Assembly (NCBI GenBank): GCA_044347105.1
Contig: JBIIXY010000001.1
Span: 19,984-83,983 of the forward strand
DNA: 64,000 nt
From: Prochlorococcaceae cyanobacterium
Lineage (GTDB): Bacteria; Cyanobacteriota; Cyanobacteriia; PCC-6307; Cyanobiaceae
Direction: 5' to 3'
In this document: positions 1 to 6,894 of the stretch, piece after piece
Numbering within the stretch: position 1 is the first letter of the stretch
Layout: each line of letters opens with the position of its first letter
Notes under the pieces: generated by a model
Databases searched by the model: none
What the model saw: the letters and a program-made list of their open reading frames with translations, nothing else
Told to the model about the DNA's origin: nothing
Position numbers and translations under genes: made by a program

Positions 1-71
1 ACACCTCCTGAGATGGCGGCAAAGCGGGCCACAGCCTTGAACATCAGTTCCGCCGCGCTCACCTCTTTCAT
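1..71 (-). CDS. Partial CDS (first 23 codons; gene continues past window start), product unknown
   Basis: ATG at 71-69 with GAGGAAG Shine-Dalgarno-like motif just upstream; MKEVSAAELMFKAVARFAAISGG with G/C-rich third positions; too short to name. Confidence 0.35.
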   Translation of the reverse strand, partial: MKEVSAAELMFKAVARFAAISGG

Positions 72-222
72 GTCTTCCTCAAGCAGGTGGCCCCACTTTG
101 GTTGATGGGTTCACCTGGTGGTGGGCGGGGAACGGAACCAAAGCGTCCATCACCCGGTTGCTCGCTGTTGGATCTCAGCTGGTTCCGTCGCCAGATTGGG
201 ATGGCCCAACCTGCCACGAACC

Positions 223-447
223 ATGGCGCCTATCACCCGGTTGCTCGCTGCTGCCAGCCTGATCGTTCTCCTGGCCGCCTGCGGTGGAGAGGGAGGTCGA
301 GACCGGGACGATGGCCCATCCGAGCGGGACACACCAGCGCTGGGAGCCCCTCAGGACGGTGACGACGCCGGTGACGAGAAGGATGAGAACGATGAAACAG
401 ACGATCAAGACTCTCGCCCTGGAGAGGATGGCGACGCCAACAACTAG
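223..447 (+). CDS. Small acidic lipoprotein (predicted), unknown function
   Basis: Inside ORF 118..447; ATG 223 gives MAPITRLLAAASLIVLLAAC = signal peptide plus lipobox (LAAC), followed by D/E/G-rich tail. Confidence 0.5.
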   Translation: MAPITRLLAAASLIVLLAACGGEGGRDRDDGPSERDTPALGAPQDGDDAGDEKDENDETDDQDSRPGEDGDANN

Positions 448-1004
448 GGGTTGAGCGCCTGTTCCCGCCAGCCATCGTCCAGTCGCCAGCGGCTACGGCG
501 GTGGGGTTGAGGCATCAGCTCCAACAGCTCCACCTGGCTGAGGCCGATGCGCAGCAACAGCAGGTGCTCCGGCAGGGGTGTCCCGTCCTCCAGGGCTGCA
601 GGAAACGGGCCGTCCGCCCGCAGGGCTTCTCCAGGCGTGGGCCAGCCCCACACGGCCCGTCCGGCGGGGGAGAGGCCCTGCCAGTGGCGCTGCCGCTCCT
701 CCAGCTCCAGCGCTGGCGGCAGCGACTCCACAATCCCCCGCAGCCGGAATTGCATCCGGGCGCGCGGCAGCAGCCAGCAGAGCTCCACGGCCGGCTGGCC
801 TGCCAGCTCATCCGCCTTGGCGCTGCGGGCATCGGTGAGCAGGTCGAGGCTGGTGTCGCCGGCCCAGCCGCGGAACACCAGGGTGCGCACCCGCGGGCTG
901 CCGTCAGCGGCCACCGTGGCCAGCTGCAGCCAGCGGGCCGCCGGGGAGCGCCCCTCCCGCTCACGGGCGCCGCGCAGCAAGGCTCTCCAGGGGGGCAGGG
1001 CCAT
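444..1004 (-). CDS. Pyridoxamine 5'-phosphate oxidase-like FMN-binding protein (Alr4036-type)
   Basis: 186 aa ORF; WLQLATVAADGSPRVRTLVFRG ... LTDARSAK ... VELCWLLPRARMQFRLRG pattern typical of PNPOx-related split-barrel proteins (family recalled from memory). Confidence 0.65.
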   Translation of the reverse strand: MALPPWRALLRGAREREGRSPAARWLQLATVAADGSPRVRTLVFRGWAGDTSLDLLTDARSAKADELAGQPAVELCWLLPRARMQFRLRGIVESLPPALELEERQRHWQGLSPAGRAVWGWPTPGEALRADGPFPAALEDGTPLPEHLLLLRIGLSQVELLELMPQPHRRSRWRLDDGWREQALNP

Positions 1005-1021
1005 CAGTTCAGAACAACAGA

Positions 1022-1432
1022 TCAGTCCAGAAACGCATAGGTGATGTGGATCCCCTCGCCCACGTATTCATGCTTGTAGCCGCCCTCGTAGGCGGTGCCG
1101 CGGTACCAGGCAGGAATGGCCCTGGGGTTGCCGGGCGGCGTGATGATCTTGGCGTCGCAGGTGCGCACGTTGCCCTGCTGCTGGCAGCTGGTTTCGTTGC
1201 GCAGCACCTCATACACCGTTTGGTCGGCGAACACGATCTGGGCGAATTCCTGCCGCTCGTTGGTGGCACCGGCCACCTGGGTGTAGGCGCAGTAATCCCG
1301 CCGGCCATTGCGCTCGCAGTTGGGGGAGTACTGAGCCCCGGCGGGGCCAGGTGAAGCGCCGATCAGCAGGGCCGGCGCGATGGCCAGCAGGGCAGCGCGC
1401 CCGGGGATCGTTCCGGATTCGATCGGGTTCAT
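1022..1432 (-). CDS. Secreted hypothetical protein
   Basis: 136 aa; signal-like N-terminus (AALLAIAPALLIGASPGPAGA), four Cys in mature part, coding-like third positions; no family recognised. Confidence 0.6.
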   Translation of the reverse strand: MNPIESGTIPGRAALLAIAPALLIGASPGPAGAQYSPNCERNGRRDYCAYTQVAGATNERQEFAQIVFADQTVYEVLRNETSCQQQGNVRTCDAKIITPPGNPRAIPAWYRGTAYEGGYKHEYVGEGIHITYAFLD

Positions 1433-1496
1433 GGCGCGTCAGCTGTGCGGTCGGCGATGCCAGTGTGAGAGACCGCTCCAACTCCCGCCAGCTGCC

Positions 1497-1931
1497 GTGA
1501 TCTTGCCCGCTTCGTTGCTGCCTCACTGGCTGCTGCTGTTCACCCTCGGACTGTTCCAGCTGGTGGGTCCCGTACCGCCGGAACTGGGGGTGCAGGGCGG
1601 CAGCCTGGCCCCCTGCACCGCGCCGGCCCACTGTGCCCGCGCCGACTGGCCCAGCGCCGACCCTGAGGCAGCCCTGGCCCGGCTGCTGCCGGTGGTGGAG
1701 GCCCTGCCCCGCACCCAGGTGCTGGAGCACAGCGGCGACTACCTGCATGCCACCTGCAGCAGCACCCTGTTCGGCTTTGTGGACGACCTCGAACTGCACG
1801 CCGATCCCTCGGCCGGTGTGCTGCAGGCGCGCTCTGTGTCGCGCCTCGGTGATTCCGATTTGGGCGTGAACGCCAAGCGGCTGGCGGCCCTGGAGCGGGC
1901 CCTGACCGCCGCCGAAGACGCCGCGGCATGA
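1497..1931 (+). CDS. DUF1499 family protein
   Basis: ORF 1380..1931; C-terminal part (FGFVDDLELH ... RSVSRLGDSDLGVNAKRL) matches DUF1499 pattern. The first ATG (1431) would overlap the divergent start at 1432, so GTG 1497 or TTG 1515 before the TM segment LLPHWLLLFTLGLF is more likely. Confidence 0.65.
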   Translation: MILPASLLPHWLLLFTLGLFQLVGPVPPELGVQGGSLAPCTAPAHCARADWPSADPEAALARLLPVVEALPRTQVLEHSGDYLHATCSSTLFGFVDDLELHADPSAGVLQARSVSRLGDSDLGVNAKRLAALERALTAAEDAAA

Positions 1932-2026
1932 GCCCGGAGCAGCTGCAGAGCCTGGCCATGCTGGCACTGGGCGCCCTGCCGGTGGCCCTGCTCTGGTGGC
2001 TGTGGCTGCGCATGTTGCGCTGGTGA
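1928..2026 (+). CDS. Candidate 32-aa hydrophobic peptide
   Basis: Below the 60-aa track cutoff. ATG 1928 overlaps the DUF1499 stop (ATGA). MSPEQLQSLAMLALGALPVALLWWLWLRMLRW = one predicted helix; G/C-rich third positions. Confidence 0.3.
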   Translation: MSPEQLQSLAMLALGALPVALLWWLWLRMLRW

Positions 2027-2036
2027 GGCCAGCGCT

Positions 2037-2069
2037 GGCGGCGCACTGTTTTCGCCGGCGGCGCACTGT
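2037..2069 (+). repeat. 20-bp-period tandem direct repeat upstream of phoX
   Basis: GGCGGCGCACTGT at 2037-2049 and again at 2057-2069; the 20 nt units match at 16/20; lies 80-115 nt upstream of the phoX ATG. Confidence 0.85.
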
Positions 2070-2149
2070 GTTCAGGGATGCGCTGAGCAGCGATGCCCAG
2101 AGCGAAAGATGGACAGATTGCGCGGCCTCGCCGCACGCCTGCTGAAACC

Positions 2150-4372
2150 ATGAATCGCCGCTCCCTGCTGATCCAGCTGCTGGGCCTGGGCGGGACTGCT
2201 GTGGTCGCTCCCGCCTTGATGAGCAGGGCTGCTGGGGCCTCCGCCGACCGTCCCTTTGCGCCCCTGCCGGGGCCGATGCCTCTGCCGGGCGACGGCCGCA
2301 CGGCGGACGAGCAGCGCCGGCTCTACAGCCGCATCGCCATCGAGGACCGCCTCGTGCTGCCGGCGGGCTACCGCAGCGACCTGCTGCTGGCCTGGGGCCA
2401 GCCCCTGGCTGATGGCCGCTTCGGCTTCAACAACGACTACCTGGCCTTCACACCCCTGGCGGCCGACCGGGCCCTGCTCACAGTGAACTTCGAATACATC
2501 AGCCCGCTGGTGTGGATGGAGGGCTACGCCGAGGCCACCGGCGGCACGCTGCCCTTCGAGCAGCTGCGCCAGGGGCTGGCAGCGCGCGATGGACGGGTGG
2601 ATGTGTCCAGCCTGGCGGCGGACGATCCCCTGCGGGCCCCCTTGCTGGCGGTGGCCAAGGCCGCCATGGCCGATCTGGGCATCGGCGTGGCGGAGCTCAG
2701 CCGGGATGCCAATGGCGCCTGGCGCGCTGCCCCGGGTCGCTACGACCGGCGCATCACCGGCCTGAGCGGCCTGGAGCGCCCCCAGGAGCGGCTGCGCTGC
2801 AGCGGTCCGGCGGCGGCCGTGTTCCGCCGTCAGCGGCGCCTGGGCTACGACGACGGCCTCGGCGACCAGGTGATCGGCAGCTTCGCCAACTGCGCCGGCG
2901 GCCAGACCCCCTGGGGCACGGTGCTCTCGGCCGAGGAGAACATCCAGAGCCAGGTGGTGGAGCGGGTGTACGCCGACGGCTCCTCGCCCGCGCCGGCGGA
3001 ACGGCCCTTCCGCTTCGACGGCACGCGCCTGGATGGTCTGGGCAACCCCTTCGGCCTGGCGGGCAACAAGTACGGCTGGATGGTGGAGCTGGATCCGCGC
3101 CGACCGGAGCAACCGGCGGTGAAGCACAGCTGGCTCGGCCGGTTCAGGCATGAGGCGGTGGCCGTGCAGGCCACCGCGGGGCGCCCCCTGGTGGTGTTCT
3201 CCGGCTGCGACCGCCACGGCGGCCATCTCTATCGCTTCGTGAGCGAGGGGCTGGTGCGCGATCCGGCCGATCCGGCCAATTCCCGGCTGCTGGAGCGCGG
3301 CCGACTGGAGGCGGCCCAGTTCAACCCGGATGGCACGGGGCGCTGGCTGGCCCTGGCCCCCGCCACCCCACTGGAGCCGCTTCGGCCGAGCCACTACGGG
3401 CGCTTCGGGCTCAGCCAATCCACCCTGCTCCCCCACCGCGACCGCAGCCAGCCCGGTGCCGAAGCCATCAGCAGCGATGGCCAGCTGGCGGACTACCTCA
3501 GCCAGCACCGCACCCTGGCCGACCTCTATCCCGGAGCTGGCGACGACCGCCAGGGAGCGATCCTGATCGACGCCCACCTGGCGGCCAATGCCATCGGCGC
3601 CACCCCGGCGGCCCGCCCGGAGGACACCGACATCGACCCCCGCAACGGCGACCTGCTGATCGCCTTCACCGCCGCGGGCAGCGATGGGGAGGGCCGGGCC
3701 GACCCGGCGATCTTCCAGGGGCCCCAGGGGGAGCCCAGCTGGCCCTACGGCTGGGTGATGCGCCTCAGCGACGGCCTGCGGCAGGGCGCCGATCCCCAGG
3801 GATTCCGCTGGCGCATGGTGGCGGCCGGCGGCACTCCCTGGCAGGGCGGAATGGGCTTCGCCAACCCCGACAACCTGGCCTTCGACCGCCGGGGAAACCT
3901 GTGGATGGTCACCGACCGCTCCTTCAGCGGCGACGCCCTCGACGTGTTCGGCAACAACGCCTGCTGGCTGTTTCCATCCGGCGGCCCACGGGCCGGCGAG
4001 GCCCTGCTGTTTGCCACCGGGCCCGCCGAGTGCGAGCTGTGCGGACCCTGCTTCGACACCACCGAGACCGCCCTCTTCCTGGCGGTTCAGCACCCCGGTG
4101 AAACCCACGGCACCCGCCGCGAAGGCGCCCGCGAGGTGCAGGCGCACAGGCTCCAGGATTGCGATGGCGGTGCATTTCAGCAGCTGCGGGAGGTGCCGCT
4201 CGGCTCCAACTGGCCCTCACCGGCCCCCGGCCGCCCGCCCCGCCCCGGGGTGGTGGTGATCCGCCGCAGCGACGGCAGGCCGCTGCTGGAGGGGGACCCC
4301 CCTCCCCAGCCCCCCTCCGTCGGCAACCCAAGTGCAAAGAAAGTGGAAAGCTTTCCGGGTCAAGTGTTGTAG
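2150..4372 (+). CDS. phoX: Alkaline phosphatase PhoX (DUF839 beta-propeller family), Tat-exported
   Basis: ORF 2093..4372; ATG 2150 gives MNRRSLLIQLLGLGG (twin-arginine signal). PhoX hallmarks: FGFNNDYLAF, NCAGGQTPWGTVLSAEEN, GWMVELDP, GRFRHEAVAV, ARPEDTDIDP, NPDNLAFDRRGNLWMVTD, AVQHPGE. Confidence 0.85.
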   Translation: MNRRSLLIQLLGLGGTAVVAPALMSRAAGASADRPFAPLPGPMPLPGDGRTADEQRRLYSRIAIEDRLVLPAGYRSDLLLAWGQPLADGRFGFNNDYLAFTPLAADRALLTVNFEYISPLVWMEGYAEATGGTLPFEQLRQGLAARDGRVDVSSLAADDPLRAPLLAVAKAAMADLGIGVAELSRDANGAWRAAPGRYDRRITGLSGLERPQERLRCSGPAAAVFRRQRRLGYDDGLGDQVIGSFANCAGGQTPWGTVLSAEENIQSQVVERVYADGSSPAPAERPFRFDGTRLDGLGNPFGLAGNKYGWMVELDPRRPEQPAVKHSWLGRFRHEAVAVQATAGRPLVVFSGCDRHGGHLYRFVSEGLVRDPADPANSRLLERGRLEAAQFNPDGTGRWLALAPATPLEPLRPSHYGRFGLSQSTLLPHRDRSQPGAEAISSDGQLADYLSQHRTLADLYPGAGDDRQGAILIDAHLAANAIGATPAARPEDTDIDPRNGDLLIAFTAAGSDGEGRADPAIFQGPQGEPSWPYGWVMRLSDGLRQGADPQGFRWRMVAAGGTPWQGGMGFANPDNLAFDRRGNLWMVTDRSFSGDALDVFGNNACWLFPSGGPRAGEALLFATGPAECELCGPCFDTTETALFLAVQHPGETHGTRREGAREVQAHRLQDCDGGAFQQLREVPLGSNWPSPAPGRPPRPGVVVIRRSDGRPLLEGDPPPQPPSVGNPSAKKVESFPGQVL

Positions 4373-4477
4373 CAACGGCTACTAAATGCTTGAATGCAGA
4401 CACGTTGATCCACCCACCCGGTGGACGCAGCTCGATCCGCGCCAGGCAACGGGGACGCGGACACTGTGGAGACCGTG

Positions 4478-4657
4478 ATGAACGTGCTCGATCTGATCCG
4501 CACCAAGATCCTCAAAGCCCAGCGTCTCGACGACGCCCAGTTCCTGATGGCCAAGGCCTACCGCGGCGTGGCCTACGTGGATGCCCACCACGATCAGCCC
4601 AGCACGGAGCAATCCACCAAGGAGCTCACTTACCGGGGCCAGCACTACGCCCATTGA
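4478..4657 (+). CDS. DUF4278-like small protein
   Basis: ATG 4478 within ORF 4421..4657; 59 aa with two YRG..Y motifs (AYRGVAY, TYRGQHY) typical of cyanobacterial DUF4278; G/C-rich third positions. Confidence 0.6.
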   Translation: MNVLDLIRTKILKAQRLDDAQFLMAKAYRGVAYVDAHHDQPSTEQSTKELTYRGQHYAH

Positions 4658-4847
4658 CGTCAGCCTGTTCGAGTAGTTGGCTCAGTGCTTCCCCCAGGCA
4701 GGCCTTCATCAGCTGGGCCTCCTGGGGGCTTTCAGGTTGAATGGCGATCGCTTGATCACGGGTCGATGCTTGATAGACCAAATCCCAGCACTCACCCCAT
4801 GCAGCTTGAGCAAGCAGATCATTGCTGGTTTTCAAGGATTCTCTCAA
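4626..4847 (-). CDS. Hypothetical 73-aa protein (weak call)
   Basis: TTG start only; helical-looking sequence (SNDLLAQAAWGECWDLVYQ ... LMKACLGEALSQLLEQ) but A/T-rich third positions unlike neighbours; 32 nt convergent overlap with 4478..4657. Confidence 0.25.
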   Translation of the reverse strand: MRESLKTSNDLLAQAAWGECWDLVYQASTRDQAIAIQPESPQEAQLMKACLGEALSQLLEQADVNGRSAGPGK

Positions 4848-5386
4848 TTCAAACTAGGCAGCCGGCTCAAAACCCTGAAACCGATCCTGCGTCCATCCTT
4901 CCCGCTCAGCATGAGGCCAGCTGCCAGCCTTGGTCAGGCATCTGTCAACCTAGTGAGTTGGCCAGTCGGGTGATTGGATCACCGTTGGCCGTCGCCTCTT
5001 TGGGGTGATCGTGACTCGGAAGCAGCAGCAGTTCAATGCTGAGATCTTGCCGAATGGCTTCATGCCAGCCGTGATCGTTCACAATCCCTTTCCCTCTTGG
5101 AGTCCGCGGGAAACCTAGCTCCCGAAGTCCTGGTGGTGGTTGAGGCGCCGCACAGTGTGGGGAGATCCATTGAATGGAAAAGACCGGGTTGTCCCCCAGG
5201 ACATCACCAGCCTCAGAGTAATGCTAGGGCTATGCGCCATACCTTCAAGGAAGCGCAGAGGCAAGAAAGGGCAGAGGCTGTGGTTCAGTGAGCGCAGTGC
5301 GAATGGCTCTGCGGTCACCACACTTTGGCGAGCTTCAGTCTTTGCTGAAGCCAGGTCGCGCTCCCATTGCGATGGAAGGTTCCGGG

Positions 5387-5578
5387 TCACTGGGGCGGCG
5401 CAGCGCCCATCTGCTGTTGGATCACCCAGTTGGTGGCCGCTTTCTGTGTGTGCCAGGCGTGCAGCAGCTGCTTGGCCAGGCTGCGGAGCTGTTCAGCGTC
5501 GGTGTGGGCATCAATCGCCCGACTGAACCGCTCGATGTCGAATTGCTGACCGATGCTCAGCTCGATCTGGGAGGACAT
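5387..5578 (-). CDS. nblA: Phycobilisome degradation protein NblA
   Basis: 63 aa from ATG 5578 (ORF 5387..5644). MSSQIELSIGQQFDIERFSRAI ... LLHAWHTQKAATNWVIQQQMG aligns over its whole length with NblA as I remember it (Anabaena IELSLEQQFSIRSF ... ELLKHQWG); G/C-rich third positions. Confidence 0.85.
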   Translation of the reverse strand: MSSQIELSIGQQFDIERFSRAIDAHTDAEQLRSLAKQLLHAWHTQKAATNWVIQQQMGAAPPQ

Positions 5579-5602
5579 GGCCCACTGCGAAAGGGTGAGC
5601 GC

Positions 5603-5644
5603 AAGGTATGGCCAGGGTCTGGGGCCGGGCGTAACAAACGCCAC
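5603..5644 (-). promoter_or_regulatory. Candidate NtcA-activated promoter of nblA
   Basis: Minus strand GTGGCGTTTGTTAC (5644-5631; GTG-N8-TAC versus consensus GTA-N8-TAC), exactly 22 nt, then TACCTT (5608-5603; fits TAN3T), 24 nt before the nblA ATG. Confidence 0.35.
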
Positions 5645-5708
5645 CGGGATCGTTCCGTGTCAAGGTTTGCTGTTGAAGCAGGTTGGCGGCAGAAAGCCAG
5701 CCCTGGAT

Positions 5709-5846
5709 TCAGCTGGCATCCTCCAGATCCTGCAACAACAGCAGCAGGGCGATCCCCATGAGGGCCAGGGCCGTGCCGCTGTTCTGTTGGCGTACCGCGC
5801 TGATGGTGCGCGCTGCTTGTTGATGCTGGTCCCAGGTGAAGCGCAT
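5709..5846 (-). CDS. Candidate 45-aa single-TM peptide
   Basis: Below track cutoff. ATG 5846, TGA 5711-5709. MRFTWDQHQQAARTISAVRQQNSGTALALMGIALLLLLQDLEDAS; G/C-rich third positions; same strand as nblA and upstream of it. Confidence 0.35.
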   Translation of the reverse strand: MRFTWDQHQQAARTISAVRQQNSGTALALMGIALLLLLQDLEDAS

Positions 5847-5987
5847 GGACGATCTTCAACTGGCCGGTTCTACATGACATCACCACGAATCGCGTCGCCG
5901 GGGCCGGGCGGGCCAGCGCTCCGTTACAAACGGTCACGGCTGATGCCCCTGCGGCTGTACCCATTCAGCGGCGCAGCGGAGGAGCGC

Positions 5988-6025
5988 TTGACAGCAGACC
6001 TTTTTCTGCCTAGTACAGGCGTACT
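5988..6025 (+). promoter_or_regulatory. Candidate sigma70-type promoter with overlapping palindrome
   Basis: TTGACA (5988-5993), 17 nt, TAGTAC (6011-6016); palindrome AGTAC-AGGC-GTACT at 6012-6025; 150-200 nt upstream of the DUF427 gene. Confidence 0.25.
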
Positions 6026-6229
6026 GTTCTGCACGTCTCATGCCTGTTTCATCCCCCTATGCCCTGTTCCGCGCCGTCGACCTCGACTGGCCACCCTGCC
6101 CCCGGCCGCTGTCCACTGCGTGTCCCCTCCAGGCGGGCCCGCGCACGAGCGATCCAACCGTCACAAGCCCCTACGATGAAACCAAAGCTGCCTCCTCTCC
6201 ATGAACCGGCTCTCCTCTCCTCGTCATTC

Positions 6230-6517
6230 ATGATGCAAGCGATCTGGAATGGGGCTGTGATCGCCACCAGCGATGACACTGTCACCGTTGAGGGCAATGC
6301 CTATTTCCCGGCAGATGCCCTGATCTCGGATGCCTTCCGTCCTTCCAGCCATCGCACCGTGTGCGGCTGGAAGGGGGAAGCCCACTACTACGACGTGGTG
6401 GTGGATGGTGTGGTGAATCCCAATGCCGCCTGGTACTACCCCGAGCCGAAAGCGGCTGCCGCTGAGATCAAGGGCCGGGTTGCCTTCTGGAAGGGTGTGA
6501 AGGTGACTGCCGGCTGA
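6230..6517 (+). CDS. DUF427 family protein
   Basis: ORF 6059..6517. Homology-like part starts MMQAIWNGAVIATSDDTVTVEGNAYFP ... CGWKGEAHYYDV ... AAWYYPEPK ... GRVAFWKGV, the DUF427 pattern. ATG 6230 preferred, ATG 6176 possible. Confidence 0.75.
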   Translation: MMQAIWNGAVIATSDDTVTVEGNAYFPADALISDAFRPSSHRTVCGWKGEAHYYDVVVDGVVNPNAAWYYPEPKAAAAEIKGRVAFWKGVKVTAG

Positions 6518-6520
6518 GAT

Positions 6521-6838
6521 TCAGAAGCGGGACATCGCCGCGATCTTGGCCAGCTTCTCTTCATCCAGGCCTGCCAGTTCATCCATCTGCAGCAGGCTGT
6601 CCTTCACCAGGCTGGCAAACACGAACAGGATGCCGTCAAGCCGAAAGTCGAAGCGGCCTTCCATGGTGTGTCGTTGAATGCTGAGGTAGTCATGCAGCTG
6701 CCAGAGGGTTTCGGCCGAGTGCAGGGACGCGGCCTGGCTCTGCACCTGCTGCACCAGTTGACCGACGGCTCGTTCATAAGCCCGGCTGAACGCGGATCGG
6801 GCAACACCCTGCTCCGTTTCGGTCCACCCCTCCAGCAT
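6521..6838 (-). CDS. frp: Fluorescence recovery protein FRP
   Basis: ORF 6521..6850. MLEGWTETEQGVARSAFSRAYERA ... LWQLHDYLSIQRH ... ILFVFASLVKDSLL matches Synechocystis FRP (Slr1964) along its length; ATG 6838 likely start. Confidence 0.9.
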   Translation of the reverse strand: MLEGWTETEQGVARSAFSRAYERAVGQLVQQVQSQAASLHSAETLWQLHDYLSIQRHTMEGRFDFRLDGILFVFASLVKDSLLQMDELAGLDEEKLAKIAAMSRF

Positions 6839-6894
6839 GGTGTCGATCACTGCTGCATTCCCCGAAGTCCTGTGCTGTGACGCTACCGATGTCT

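Noticed and set aside
4945-5082. 45-codon GTG-initiated frame (VNDHGWHEAIRQDLSIELLLLPSHDHPKEATANGDPITRLANSLG) on the minus strand.
   Set aside because: No ATG, no RBS-like context, mixed third-position composition and no recognisable family. Mentioned only as part of the unassigned segment.
5090-5386. Possible riboswitch or known structured RNA (glutamine glnA RNA, cobalamin, RNase P, tmRNA, SRP RNA) in the unassigned segment.
   Set aside because: The conserved cores I remember are absent: the glutamine riboswitch GGAAGUAGG..AAGGAACGC, the B12 box, the RNase P GAGGAAAGUCC, and tmRNA ends. Only a loose AAGGAAGCGC resemblance exists.
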